NCBI GenBank assembly: GCA_903813345.2
Contig: CAIIXF020000001.1
Location: forward strand, 35,278,001-35,342,000
DNA from: Owenia fusiformis
Taxonomy: Eukaryota
Direction of reading: 5' to 3'
Length of the DNA: 64,000 bases
Shown: positions 11,590-23,410 of the stretch, one piece after another
Position numbering within the stretch: position 1 is the first letter of the stretch
Layout of the letters: every line of letters begins with the position of its first letter
Made by a program: the position numbers and the translations under genes
The notes under the pieces: model-generated
Told to the model about the DNA's origin: nothing
The model's input: only the letters and a program-made list of their open reading frames with translations
Databases searched by the model: none

Positions 11590-13049
11590 CCAGAACAACG
11601 GCAACGCCAAAGCGTAGCGAATCCCATCAAACAGAAATGGCTGGCATTTTTACAAACGAAATATATAGCAAATATTATAAAACAACACACCAGAAAGGCC
11701 ACCATTTTCAAAATGGTTAGCCAAGTTGTCATCAGAAGAAATAATATGCTTTTAGTAGCCACCTATAAAATTTTTGAAAAATCGCACACATGTACTTGTG
11801 AAATAAGTAAAAAATGTAAAAATGACAGCCATTTTTTAAAATGGCCGTCTACTATCCAAGTGTCATGAGACAGTGTGCAAGGCTCGTGAGTATTCACATA
11901 TCAAATATGAACAAAATCGCTTCACTACTTTTCAAGTTATAGTAAAAACGTAAAAATGGTGGTCATTTTTCAAAATGGCCGCCTACTACCCAAAGTGTCA
12001 TTAGACAATGTGCCATGCTTATAGTATTCACATAAAATATGAAACATACCAAATATGAACAAAATCGCTTCACTACTTTTCAAGTTATAGTAAAAACGTA
12101 AAAATGGTGGTCATTTTTCAAAATGGCCGCCTACTACCCAAAGTGTCATTAGACAATGTGCCATGCTTATAGTATTCACATAAAATATGAAACATACCAA
12201 ATATGAACAAAATCGCTGAACTACTTTTCGAGTTATAGTAAAATACGTTAAAATGGCAGCCATTTTTCAAAATGGCCACCTTCTACCAAAAGTGTCATTA
12301 GACAATGTGACATGCTTATAGTATTCACATACCAAATATGAACAAAATTGCTTCACTACTTTTCGAGTTATTGTAAAATACGCTAAAATGGCGGCCATTT
12401 TTCAAAATGGCTGCCTTCTACCAAAAGTGTCATAGGACAGTGTGCCATACTTATAGTATTCACATACCAAATATAAACAAAATTGCTTCTCTACTTTTCG
12501 AGTTATAGTAAAATACGTTAAAATGGCGGCCGTTTTTCAAAATGGCCGCCTTCTACCAAAAGTGTCATAGGACAGTGTGCCATGCTTATAGTATTCACAT
12601 ACCAAATATGAACAAAATCGCTCCACTACTTTTCGAGTTACAGCAAAAATCGTAAAATAACGAGTAAAGGCCGCCATTTTTCAAGATGGCTGCCATGTGC
12701 TTTTTTAATATCTACATTTGTAGCTTTATTAATGTCCTTTATAATTTTTTTACACTTAAAACATATTGCTATTACAGTTTTACATATTGTACCTAAATTA
12801 CTGTAAAATCGGCACTAAAATGGCCGCCATTTTGAAATGAGCGGCCATTTTGAAAATCGGCTTTCGAGCAGAACTTCTACCCCCATAGGGTATATGTGTA
12901 AAAAATATGAACAAAATCGGGCCAACGGTATTTGAGTTATTGCCCGGACGGACGGACAGACGGACGGACGGACGGACGGACGGACGGACGGACGGACGGA
13001 CGGACGGAGGCGTTCCCTATATCCCTCCGAACTTCGTTCGATGGGATAA
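11590..13049 (-). mobile_element. Second copy of the Helentron/pearl-like element with 135-bp array
   Basis: Ends nearly identical to 6152-7493; period 135 bp (12271, 12406, 12541); long (GGAC)n at about 12945-13008. Confidence 0.85.
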
Positions 13050-14101
13050 TAATTCAAGGAATGTATGATGATGAAACAGGGTTCATGACATGAGTTTTTA
13101 ATGACGTAAATCAAGATTATTTCTACTCGCATCTGGGATATTCAACATGACTTCAACAATTTGTGTTTGATACAGACTGCCATCTTGTTCCCAGTCCTCT
13201 TTATAATCCATGCTCCAGCTTTCGCCAGAAACTTACTTGACGTACGTGGGATTTCGTGAAAAATATTCGCCGTATCTAAAGTCAAATAACTGCATCCATA
13301 GGTTATTCACTTGAACCAAACAAGTAGAAATAGAAAGATGAAGATCTCAGCTATAAAATAAGTGCAAAATCTGTCACAGGGAAGCAGGTACCATTTTGTA
13401 TAAGGAACGTTGGTGGTCACTTTTTTTGAAATTTTCCAATTTAGTGACGCATCTTCTGTATTATTCTTTGAGCCTATGAGATCCTATTACAAAACGATCT
13501 GGCCAATATCTGTGGATGAGAACAGAAACTTTCTGAATCGGAGAAGATTTCAACTGAACTTCAAGAAAAATAGAAGTAAGCTTAGACTAGATCTAATCTA
13601 CCTCTATCAAAAAACAAATTGATCTAATTTAGCTATGGACTGTAGTTGTAATCGAATCAGTCCCAATAAAAGAACATAACTATAAAAACAGTAATATTTT
13701 TGATTAATTTATAATGTAAATTGTACTTGCATATGTAGTTGAAAGGCAACGCGCGGCATTTTGCAGAATTTTAGGTCGAATCCAATTTTTCATTTTCGAT
13801 GCCATTTTGAAGGATGCCAAACTTTTCTGAGAAACGAAATCATAAATATAAAATTGACTTTCTTGACACATCTGTGAAATAAGAATAGACTAAAACCAAT
13901 ACACTAAAATTCCCGCCATCTTTGGTATTTAACAAGATCGATATTACTTTATTCAAAGAAAATGTTTCTTGGAATTTTAGACCTCCATGGGCCCCCCCTC
14001 CATCCAATATTAATTTCGATTATTTTTTAAACGCTTGGAAACTAACTTAAAAAAAGTGAGCAATATCATTAGTGTTGTGATAATAACACGCCGTCGCCTA
14101 A

Positions 14102-15560
14102 CCATCGCGTAAGCAGGCGTCACCGTACAGCGTTAAAAAATACAGTAGTACAGTTTTCTGTACGGTGACGAAAATTAACTGAGTTGAAGCAAAAACTATA
14201 ATGAGGGTTTTAAAAAGATTAATTAGATGAAAATAAATACGATTTTGGGTGTAATAAAAACAGCATTCTCTTAGGAATGGTTTTTACTTTCTAATTATGA
14301 TCAAAGTTTTTCGAGCACTGCTCGGATTTTTTCTGACTGGATCGGCCCACATAATCGACTCGAGAGAAAAATGTTGTTTTTTTCACTTTTCGTTTGGTTA
14401 TTATTTTCCCTGTCGTCTGAGAGTATGGATTATTTTTATGAGAATATGTATTTGTTATCTACACATTTTAGAACAGATGAATATTCGGCAAATAATCATT
14501 CATTCAGTGTATTTATTTAAAAAAGATCAGAACTATACGGTGACGCATCAGCTGTACGGTGACGATTCCTTAGATTTCTAAGCTTACTGTTCGAACAAGA
14601 GGTAAAGAAGCGTCAGATCTACATGTACATTATCACTGGTAAGTATCAAGCCGTTACAGCCGTCACCTTCGCATTTAAGATGGCGGACAGGAAGTATTAA
14701 TTTCGATATTTTTAGTTTTCATGGAATTAACTATTTGAAAGTTGACGTTATGCTTTGGTATCATTTGAACTTAATCAGGCTTTTCTCATATGACTAACAA
14801 AGATAGCCTACACAGCCATCTTTACCCCATGCAAGATATTGCATCTTTCATCCTAAAAAGTCACACGTGCAAGATGAGATTAACTTGTGACATCCCTTCT
14901 TTTAAAACATCAATAACATAGCAACAAGATAGTTTTTGGTTTCATGATCTTTACCGTATCATACATTTCCAGTAACCTTCCATTAAGCGGTGGAAGGTGT
15001 CGTTGAACTGTAGCGCCCATGCACTATATATGAACAAATGATCATACTCCAGAGTTTCCATTTCATACAATCTTAGTCTCATTTAGTTCATCAAAGCATA
15101 GCGTCACCGTACAGCTGGTGCGTCACCGTACAAATTTGATCTTTTTTAAATATACATAATGAATGGTTGTTTGCTGAATCTTCGCCCGTTCTGAAATGTG
15201 TATTTAACAAATACTTGTTCTCATAAAAATAATCCATACTCTCAGACGGCAGGGAAAATAATAACCAAACGAAATGTGAAAAACAACCTTTTTTCACTTG
15301 GGTCGATTATGTGGGCCGATTCACTAAGAAAAAAATCCGAACAGTGCTCGTAAAACGTTTATCATAATCAGAAAGTTAAAACCATTTCTAAGAGAATGCT
15401 GTTTTTATTCCACATGAAATCGTATTAGTTTTCATCAAATTAATTTTTTTTAAACCCTTGTCATAGTTTTTGCTTCAAAGCAGTTAATTTGCGTTACCGT
15501 ACAGAAAACTGTACTCCGCTATTTTTTGACGCTGTACGGCGACGCCTGCTTACGCGATGG
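14102..15560. mobile_element. Foldback element with ~465-bp inverted arms and TAA TSD
   Basis: CCATCGCGTAAGCAGGCGTC...GACGCCTGCTTACGCGATGG; arms about 14102-14565 and 15100-15560; TAA on both flanks. Confidence 0.85.
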
Positions 15561-15594
15561 TAAGGCGTGAATAACGTCCCTCTATTTATTACGG

Positions 15595-15770
15595 GTCGTG
15601 TAGAGCATTGTTGCCTGATTTATAGCAAAAAATTGACTTTTGCACGTTCTCGCGTAACGTTGGTGATGATGCGCCCTTTTTAATAGTCTCATATCTTAGA
15701 CATGTTAGAAGCGTATCAGTTCAAAAAAAATATTAGAAGACCTAACATATTTTGCCATGCACTGTGCCTA
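15595..15770. repeat. Dispersed repeat fragment, second copy at about 25160-25300
   Basis: Shared blocks TTAGAAGCG.ATC.GTTCAAAAA and TAGAAGACCT. Confidence 0.55.
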
Positions 15771-16029
15771 TTCATTTGAAAATTCAGTTGTAAATTCTCT
15801 CTTGAAAAAATAAATCTTCCAAAGGAGTGGTATCGATATGGAGAACATTTGAACACACGTTTCTCTTAAACCAGTCATAAAAAAATCTAAAAATTTAACA
15901 CATCATCAATTTAATGGTCATCTTTTGAATGGTAACTATATAATTTGTAATATATATATATATACTTTCATCTATATTGTTTTAGAAAACACATCAAACA
16001 CTTGTTTTATTCTTGGTATCATGTTTCCA

Positions 16030-16445
16030 GAGTGAAATGAAACAGTCTTTCCGAACCTCATTGGAACAAAACGACTTAATCACAATATGTTTAGGTCTCT
16101 CAATATTGGGGGAGGGGATGTTACACTTTTTTTCACGTCAGATCATGGTTTTGGGATATATAGGGTCTACTTTTCTTATGACAGATTTACACTTACAGTT
16201 TGCTTTTCTTGTTGAGTTTCTTTTAGTCACCCTTCTCTTTGGCATTTGCGCTTATATATTGTAATTGTACAAAGGAATTTTGTACAAAACAAAGGGGATT
16301 TTGTTTTAATTTTTTGAATACTTTTTTAAAATCAACCAAAAATTCCTTCGTATAACTATTATATTGAGAGGACTAAAAACATGTTGTATATGCTATTTTG
16401 TTCCAACAAGTTTCGGAAAGACATTTTATTTCATTCTCTAGAATT
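16030..16445. mobile_element. Old inverted-repeat element interrupted by a Penelope-like 3' end (16108-16263)
   Basis: About 16030-16107 is the inverse of about 16361-16445; insert matches the reverse complement of 4536-4705. Confidence 0.6.
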
Positions 16446-18833
16446 GGTAGAAAGGAGCAAAAACAATTGCACTAAAAACAAAAAAAATGTTAACAAAAAC
16501 AGTTATATAAAATATTTCTAAATAATTTTCGCCTACTAAATAAAATCGCCTACTCCCCCTCCACCCATTTTGTGCGATCACCGGGGGTGCAATGAAACTT
16601 TTTGCGAGGGTCAAGTTGGCAGAGCATCAATTTCAATCTGTAAAGTCAAGTTGTCACCTTGAAAACCAAATAAGGAATGACCTTGGATGCGGTGATTGGT
16701 TATCTACAGGGTGGGCCAAAAAAAACCAATACCCAACTTCAAATCAGGATAAAAATAGTTACATTCAATATGGTACATTGACTTACATATCATTTTAAAG
16801 GTAATCCATTTTCAAACAATTTGGTATATAAAAGATGGCTGCACGAGATTTCATTGATTTTTCTGCTATTTAGAAACTATCCTATTGATTCTTCATTCAA
16901 TTGCCTACCCCTGAAGATGATATATTGCTGAGGGACTAATATCCATGTCGCTGTTTAAAGGGAAACTGCTTGCAAGGTAGTTCTCACCAAAAGAAACAAA
17001 AGGGTCAACTTATTTTTGATGCTTGTCCCAAAAGATGATATATGGCTGAAAGACGGAATCAATATCAATTTAGCCATTAAGGGAAACTGCTTGTAAGATA
17101 GTTCTCATCCAAAGTCAAACTAAAATATTTGTCTTCATAATAATGATATGTTATACAATGGATAGATTAAAATACGTCCACTTGTTTGATAGCAAAACAA
17201 TGGGTTTCAAACTGACGAAAAAACTCTCCTACGTGCACCTTTTCAATTTTAAAAAGCAACCATTTGACTTCATACCTTTAGCTTCAATTGAATTATTCTT
17301 TGAAAATGCCAAATAAATATATCATATATTGGAAAGTCACAACTAGATTATTTGATATTTGAGTTGAATACCTAGGTTTTGTGTTTTCAATATGTTGCCT
17401 TTGTGTCCTACCTTTGATAATGGTGTTTAATAGGTCCTCTAAATTGAATATCCTAGGTTAAACCTACTGCATACCAACTGAGGTGATACTTTTGCTGAGA
17501 TTCAAGATTAAGATTCATAGATATATTACATTTTAGGGGTTGTTTTATGATTTGTGTTTTCAATATGTTGCCCTTTGTGTCCTACCTTAATGATATTTTG
17601 ATATATCGATTGATTGAATGGTCAATATACTTAAAATAGTCAGGAGTGAAGACTAACATACCCCTAACATGATATTTATAATGATTTGCATAGTCAAATT
17701 TAAATGCACTGAATGACCTTAGTTTTAATCCCTATGACCTAATTTTGTTTTGGATGTGTTCATAATTTATAAAAGTAGTTATTTCCATGTTATATTCTTT
17801 AGGTACATGGGGTAACGGATCCTTTGCCTAGCCGACTTTTTTATACTGACTACGCCCCTAGATAGCACACCATTTATTGATCATGAATTTCGGTAATGTT
17901 GAACCCCCGGCCGGTGTTTAACTATGGTGATACTATTTTGATTACAAGATGCGGCAAACGAAGGATAGGAACATGGGATGTTTCCAAAAATGACCTAAGA
18001 ATACACTTGATAAACTATAGGCTGATATCAGGCCACTTTATTGAACAAGATGTTATCTTATATTTCTGACTTATCATCGGTGGTAGCCGATAACTAACTA
18101 TATTTATGTAATAAATGGTCCATAAAGTGGCTTTAATGTGCAATACCCTTCCGCCACCCACCGAATGCAGGTAAGTACTTAAAGAAACAGAGACATTTTT
18201 CTTTTTTACTTTTGTTTAAAATATCAAGCCGATCAAATAAAAATGATGAATGAGTTTTTTATCCATGAGACTTCCCTGATATAAGATATAGCAGTACAAT
18301 TACACAGCAACGTAAATGTTTGCGCAATATAATTTGGTTTATCACGCTTGAGCTGTACTCTAATTTAATTTTTCCATTCTATCATTTCAGTAGAATTGTT
18401 TATGTGATGCATTTTATTCTCCTAAGATTTTGTAATTAGGTTTAATCAACAATTACTTAAAGGTAATCTTTGATCTATCAGTCACAAAACAAAACAATCT
18501 TTAATTGCCAGCCGTGTACCGAGCCTTCAATGGCTTTCTTTGGCAGGCAAGAAAAACAAACTTTTAATACACCAAATATCATAGTGAAGTGATATAAGAT
18601 ATCATTTTGTTCAAAAATTCATATCTTATAGAAATGAATCCTAGTATGTTCATTTGTTGAGAAAACGCCCACACTTCAAAGTTGTAGACAGATATTCTGA
18701 AAAACTGTGAGATGTTCTCGAATACAATAGTCGTCAACAAGATCTTCAAATACTTCCAAAAAATGAATTTTAGTGTAAAAGTTGATTTCATGTTTAAGGT
18801 TACGCCATCTTGGGAAGACACGGCACAACTAAG

Positions 18834-19066
18834 ATGGTTCTGTTGAAATTAATTGTCATGGCAGCATTGGTTGCCATGGTGAGCAGTTGCTTCATTGGAA
18901 AACAATTCGAAGAAGGAGGAAAGTGCTGGGCTGGTTGTCCCTGCCAGAATGGAATGCGTTGTGAGGCATTTGTTCACAGGTGTAAAAAGAAAGGAATCCT
19001 AGATGAGAGATGTCATTTGACGAGACCATGCGCGGATGGCTTCAGTTGTCAACCAGGCATACATAA
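18834..19066 (+). CDS. Secreted Cys-repeat / acidic helical-repeat protein, coding exon 1 (signal peptide plus first 8-Cys repeat)
   Basis: MVLLKLIVMAALVAMVSS signal-like start; acceptor tttaag at 18798; donor AA|gtaag at 19067; phase 2 joins 19327 to give HKCYNKPRL, as in the later repeats. Confidence 0.9.
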
Positions 19067-19326
19067 GTAAGAACCTCATTACTACTGTGGTAGGGGACAA
19101 CAGCTGGGCTAACTCATAAAACTCGTCAAAAATACGATTGAATATCAGTTAAGACATACGGCACAATCCTCGACAAGGACGCATGCTATTTATGTCAACG
19201 TATTTGAAAATCTTTATACATTTAGCACAAATAAAGAAATCAAATAAATACACAAAATATCCACAAAAATGAATGAACCAACAACCAGACTTGCACATTT
19301 CCGTATTAAATTGGGTATAATTGCAG

Positions 19327-20368
19327 ATGTTACAACAAGCCTAGATTGGAGGGGCAACCATGCATAGCAGGTCATCCATGCGGACCAGGACTAAGGTGTG
19401 AAGCCGGAAGTCACGTATGTAGAAAACTAGGAACACTTCTGGATAGTTGCCATGCGACAAGACCTTGTGGTGACGGGTATAGTTGTCAGCCAGGGGTTCA
19501 TCGATGCTACAACAAACCCCGTTTAGATGGTCAACCATGCGTCGCGGGACATGGCTGCGCAAAAGGACTACACTGTGAGGCGGGTTCTCAACGATGCAGG
19601 GCTCCGGGCAAGTTAGAAGAGAGCTGCCACCTCACCCGACCATGTGAGAAAGGTCTCAGTTGTCAACCTGGTATCCACAAATGCTACGACCTTCCGCGTT
19701 TAGAGGGTCAGCCCTGCGTTGCTGGACATGGATGTGGTACAAACCTAACATGCGAGGCAGGTTCACATCGTTGCAGACTACCAGGTGGGCTATTGGACAG
19801 TTGTCATCTTACTCGACCATGTGGTGACGAACTCTTCTGTGTTCCTTTAATTCATAAATGTCTTCCAGATTTCTTAATCTCCGATGAATTCCTAGATTTC
19901 ATTTTCAATTTAACTGCCAATGATACTGCCATGATTGTTGAAATATTAGAAAACATTGATCCAAATGACATAGAAGGAATCTTTAAATTCATTGAACTCA
20001 TCCCAAAAGATCTTTTAAATGGAATTCTAGAACTCCTTTCTTCTTTAACACCAAAAGATCTGAACAATATTGTCGATTTTTTGAAAACGTTAGATCCTAA
20101 AATGGTTGAATCTATCGCTGAATTCCTTGCCAGTCTTACAGAGAAAGACATTACGGAATTGGTGGATATCTTGTCAAAGATTGATATTGATCAGGTGAAA
20201 GGCCTGTTTGATATGCTCCTTTCCCTCGATGGCAATGAGATTGATATGATACTTGGTGCTCTGTCTCAACTTAGTGAGGAGGACCTCATGGACATTGTTG
20301 ACATCCTGGCTAATATTACGGAGGACGATTTGAAAACAATCGAGGAACTCATTGGTATAATTGGGTAA
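19327..20368 (+). CDS. Secreted Cys-repeat / acidic helical-repeat protein, coding exon 2 (spliced product 424 aa)
   Basis: ttgcag acceptor; 1042-bp open frame; three more 59-aa 8-Cys repeats then 15-aa repeats; stop TAA at 20366-20368. Confidence 0.92.
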
Positions 20369-20432
20369 TTGCTAGCAAAAGTAACACGCTTAGACCAGCT
20401 CATAGTCTCGAGAGAGCTTTAATTTACCTTTT

Positions 20433-20936
20433 CACTGTTCCACAACTAGTTACTTTGACGGAACGTCAATATAACAAAATGAACAAACTTCCTGGATGTA
20501 CGAGTTTTTTTGTTTTCTCGATTTAAACTTACGTATAAGTCATGTTGCGAATTATCATTTGGCACAAAGTTAGACAATATAGTCTAGCTTTTAGAAATGC
20601 TTTGGGCTTGGAATTTGATTTTTAATAAAAGCTGTAATTCATGCATTTAGACCATCGCTTTTGTTACATTGACGTAAGTCGTCAAAGTAACATACATTAG
20701 TAATATAACGGACTTTCGTCAATGTAACAAAAGCGAGGGGCTAATTATATGAATTGCAACTTCATTTACAAAACAAAATCCAAATCGAAGAAACTTATTA
20801 AAACTAGCATTTTCCAGCTTTGTGCCAAATTATAATCTGCAACTTGACTTGACTCGAGAAAACAAAAAACTCGTAACCAGGAAGTTCATCCATTTTGTTA
20901 CATTGACGTTCTGTCAAAGTAACTAACTGTGGAACA
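20433..20936. mobile_element. Palindromic CACTG-terminated MITE (copy 1)
   Basis: Near-complete palindrome starting CACTGTTCCACAAC; inverted second copy at 44958-45465. Confidence 0.85.
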
Positions 20937-21471
20937 AGCTTTTGGCTCATCTTATTCTTATTCTTGATGTCCTTTAATTCTATATATTGTTTTTGATTTA
21001 GTTATGATATATGTGAATAAAATAAATATAATGTTTATCTTGATGGCGTAAAGCAGAAATAAACGCAATTAGTGAAAATAATATTCTAGATTAAGTAAAT
21101 GTAAATACCACTGCCAACCTCAACCTGCAGTCGAGACGTGATAATGCATGACCATACAAATGAAAAGGGCGAGTGAACAATAATATAAGTATTTGGTAAG
21201 TCAGCCTTACCCCCCTAAAACTAGTTCTTACCCGTTCTTGCCAGTTCTACGAAAACGTCGTAAAACGGGCTCAATCTGGCTGTGGTCGGGAAATATGTCT
21301 AAAATAATTAGCTACTTCGTTCATAAACAGTCTTCAATATAGTCCATGGTATGAAATCTCTAGGACGTCTAATAAAGGAGCTGGTAGCACACTATAGTGC
21401 AGCGATATTTGACCTTACATTTACATACCTACATATGTTCCCTAATAATTTTTATTATAACCGTTCAATAT

Positions 21472-22597
21472 ACTTCCGGCTTTTAGGGTGAATTATGCCT
21501 GCCATTAACAGAGGTCAAAAAATCACAAAAAAACAAAATCCCAATTTTTCACAATTTGGAGTACACAATGCAACAGAAAAGAATACAAAATGATTTTCAA
21601 AATATGATTTAGGTTTCTAAGCTATAAGTTTGAGGTTATTTTTCTTATCAATACCCAAAAATATGCAATCAGTGTATCGACGTTTTGTATTGTTTCTCAG
21701 GTATCAATAAGATAAATGCTACAAATGAATCGCTTTTATATTGGAATGACAAATGCTTAAATTATGCTAGTTTTTCACAAAATGGTTCTCAATACGTTTT
21801 GAGATATGGACTTTTATTCAGCGGTGAACATTATCAATAAAGGAGGGCCTATTGCTCTTCCTTGACTTATTGGGACTATAGCTAAAATTCTATTTCCCGA
21901 AGTTAGATATAGCTCAGTTGCTTATAAAACAACCATCAAGACTTGGTCGAATTCATGAATAATTGAGTAAAATCGTTATCATTATCTTCCTGAAATTTGA
22001 TTGTATCCAGCGGTAAGGTCAAAGAAGAAACAGCCGTCAGAAAACTTGATGATAGCCACAAGTAACGTCGAGGAAGAATTGTAAGGCGTTCGATTGCATA
22101 TGACTCTAATTGATTATTAGACATGCCTTTGGAATATATGAACATTCCAATACCTCTGAAACATTTAATTAGATATAAATCTAACCTATTTGTTATTGTA
22201 TTATGTTTTATAAAACATTACCAATAATTTGTTGTTAGACCCCTTGCGATTATATGGACAAATTCTGGTAATAAAATGTTTTAAATGGTAAGAAAACTAA
22301 TATGTTCCCAATCATAAATTACCTAAATATTCCACACAATTTTGTTGGATCGGCTTGGCTCATATTTGAAATATGAAACAAAATCTGAAAACACACACTT
22401 GTATAATTACACTAATTAAACACCAACATCTACGGTAAAATTATGTAGTATATCTTTTAATTATGACCATATTTTTTGTTCGTATGCTTAGAATAACAGT
22501 CTGTGTCTTATAAAATGTATAAAAGTTCGAATCAAAATATTTACGTTTTTTGACCCCTTGTATTGAAAGACATTTTTCGACCCGAAAGCCGGAAGTT
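21472..22597. mobile_element. Degenerate inverted-repeat element
   Basis: ACTTCCGGCTTT...GGTCAAAAAA at 21472-21523 is the inverse of about 22547-22597. Confidence 0.45.
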
Positions 22598-22689
22598 TTT
22601 TCAGCAAATGGTATTTTAAAAGAATCAAGACATGTACACTTTCATAAATATTGCTTCAAATGTTGCTGCGCTATAGTGTGCTACGCATA

Positions 22690-23410
22690 CTTCATATTCG
22701 GAAGTCATACCATGGACTAATACGTCCATCTCATTCGCAATTCGTTCAGGTCGCACCACGTCGGTGTGCAACGTCGTATAACGCGTGCCTTAGTCTAGAA
22801 GGTCATCATGACCTGATTACAGAACGGTATGGTCGCCATCGAATTTTGAATCATTTTAATCATTTCAAAATTCTAAAATCACCTTCTTCACCGTCTGGGA
22901 ACGTTCATGAAGTTCGTAAATAGTCCTTAGAAAGTTGCAGCTACGTTCATTCCGTTCGCACACAGTTTAAAACCAGTTTTGAAGAACGCAGTGGCAACTT
23001 GTTTGGTGTGATAGCTATATTTTTGCTAACTCGTTCATAAGCAGTCTTTAATACGTTCTTAATCAGTTTAAACCCATTTGCAATTAGTTCTACCTCGTTC
23101 TCAATACGTCCTCAGAGAGTTCAACTCGTTGTTAAAACGTCCCTAGTAGGATTGAAGTACGACGGTTCCGTTCGTAGTACGCCCAGCTCGTCGTTAGTAC
23201 GTTGTCACTCGTTCTAATTGTAGAACGTGACGACCACGAGAGCATTTTGAGCATGTTCTAAGTTCTAGAGGACCTACCCGTTCAAGTACGTTCGATGAAG
23301 TTTGTAAATAGACCCCAAACGGTTCTAAGTACGTCCAGTCCGTTCGTACACAGTTGAATCCCGTTTTCGAGAACGAAGTGCGAACTAGTTTGGTATGATA
23401 GTAGTGTTAC
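22690..23410. mobile_element. Decayed DNA-transposon ends rich in CGTTC/ACGTCC subterminal motifs
   Basis: About 22953-23015 and 23341-23403 are direct repeats ending GTTTGGTRTGATAG. Confidence 0.45.

Noticed and set aside
12815..13132. ORFs with (PSVR)n or (RTDG)n repeats
   Set aside because: Translation of the (GGAC)n microsatellite in the Helentron-like elements
16915..17600. Short local duplications (about 16915-17115; 17378 and 17553)
   Set aside because: Real but two-copy and degenerate, with no termini or coding signal
19852..20151. Antisense ORFs over the Cys-repeat gene (and over the GPCR)
   Set aside because: Shadows of real coding sequence on the opposite strand
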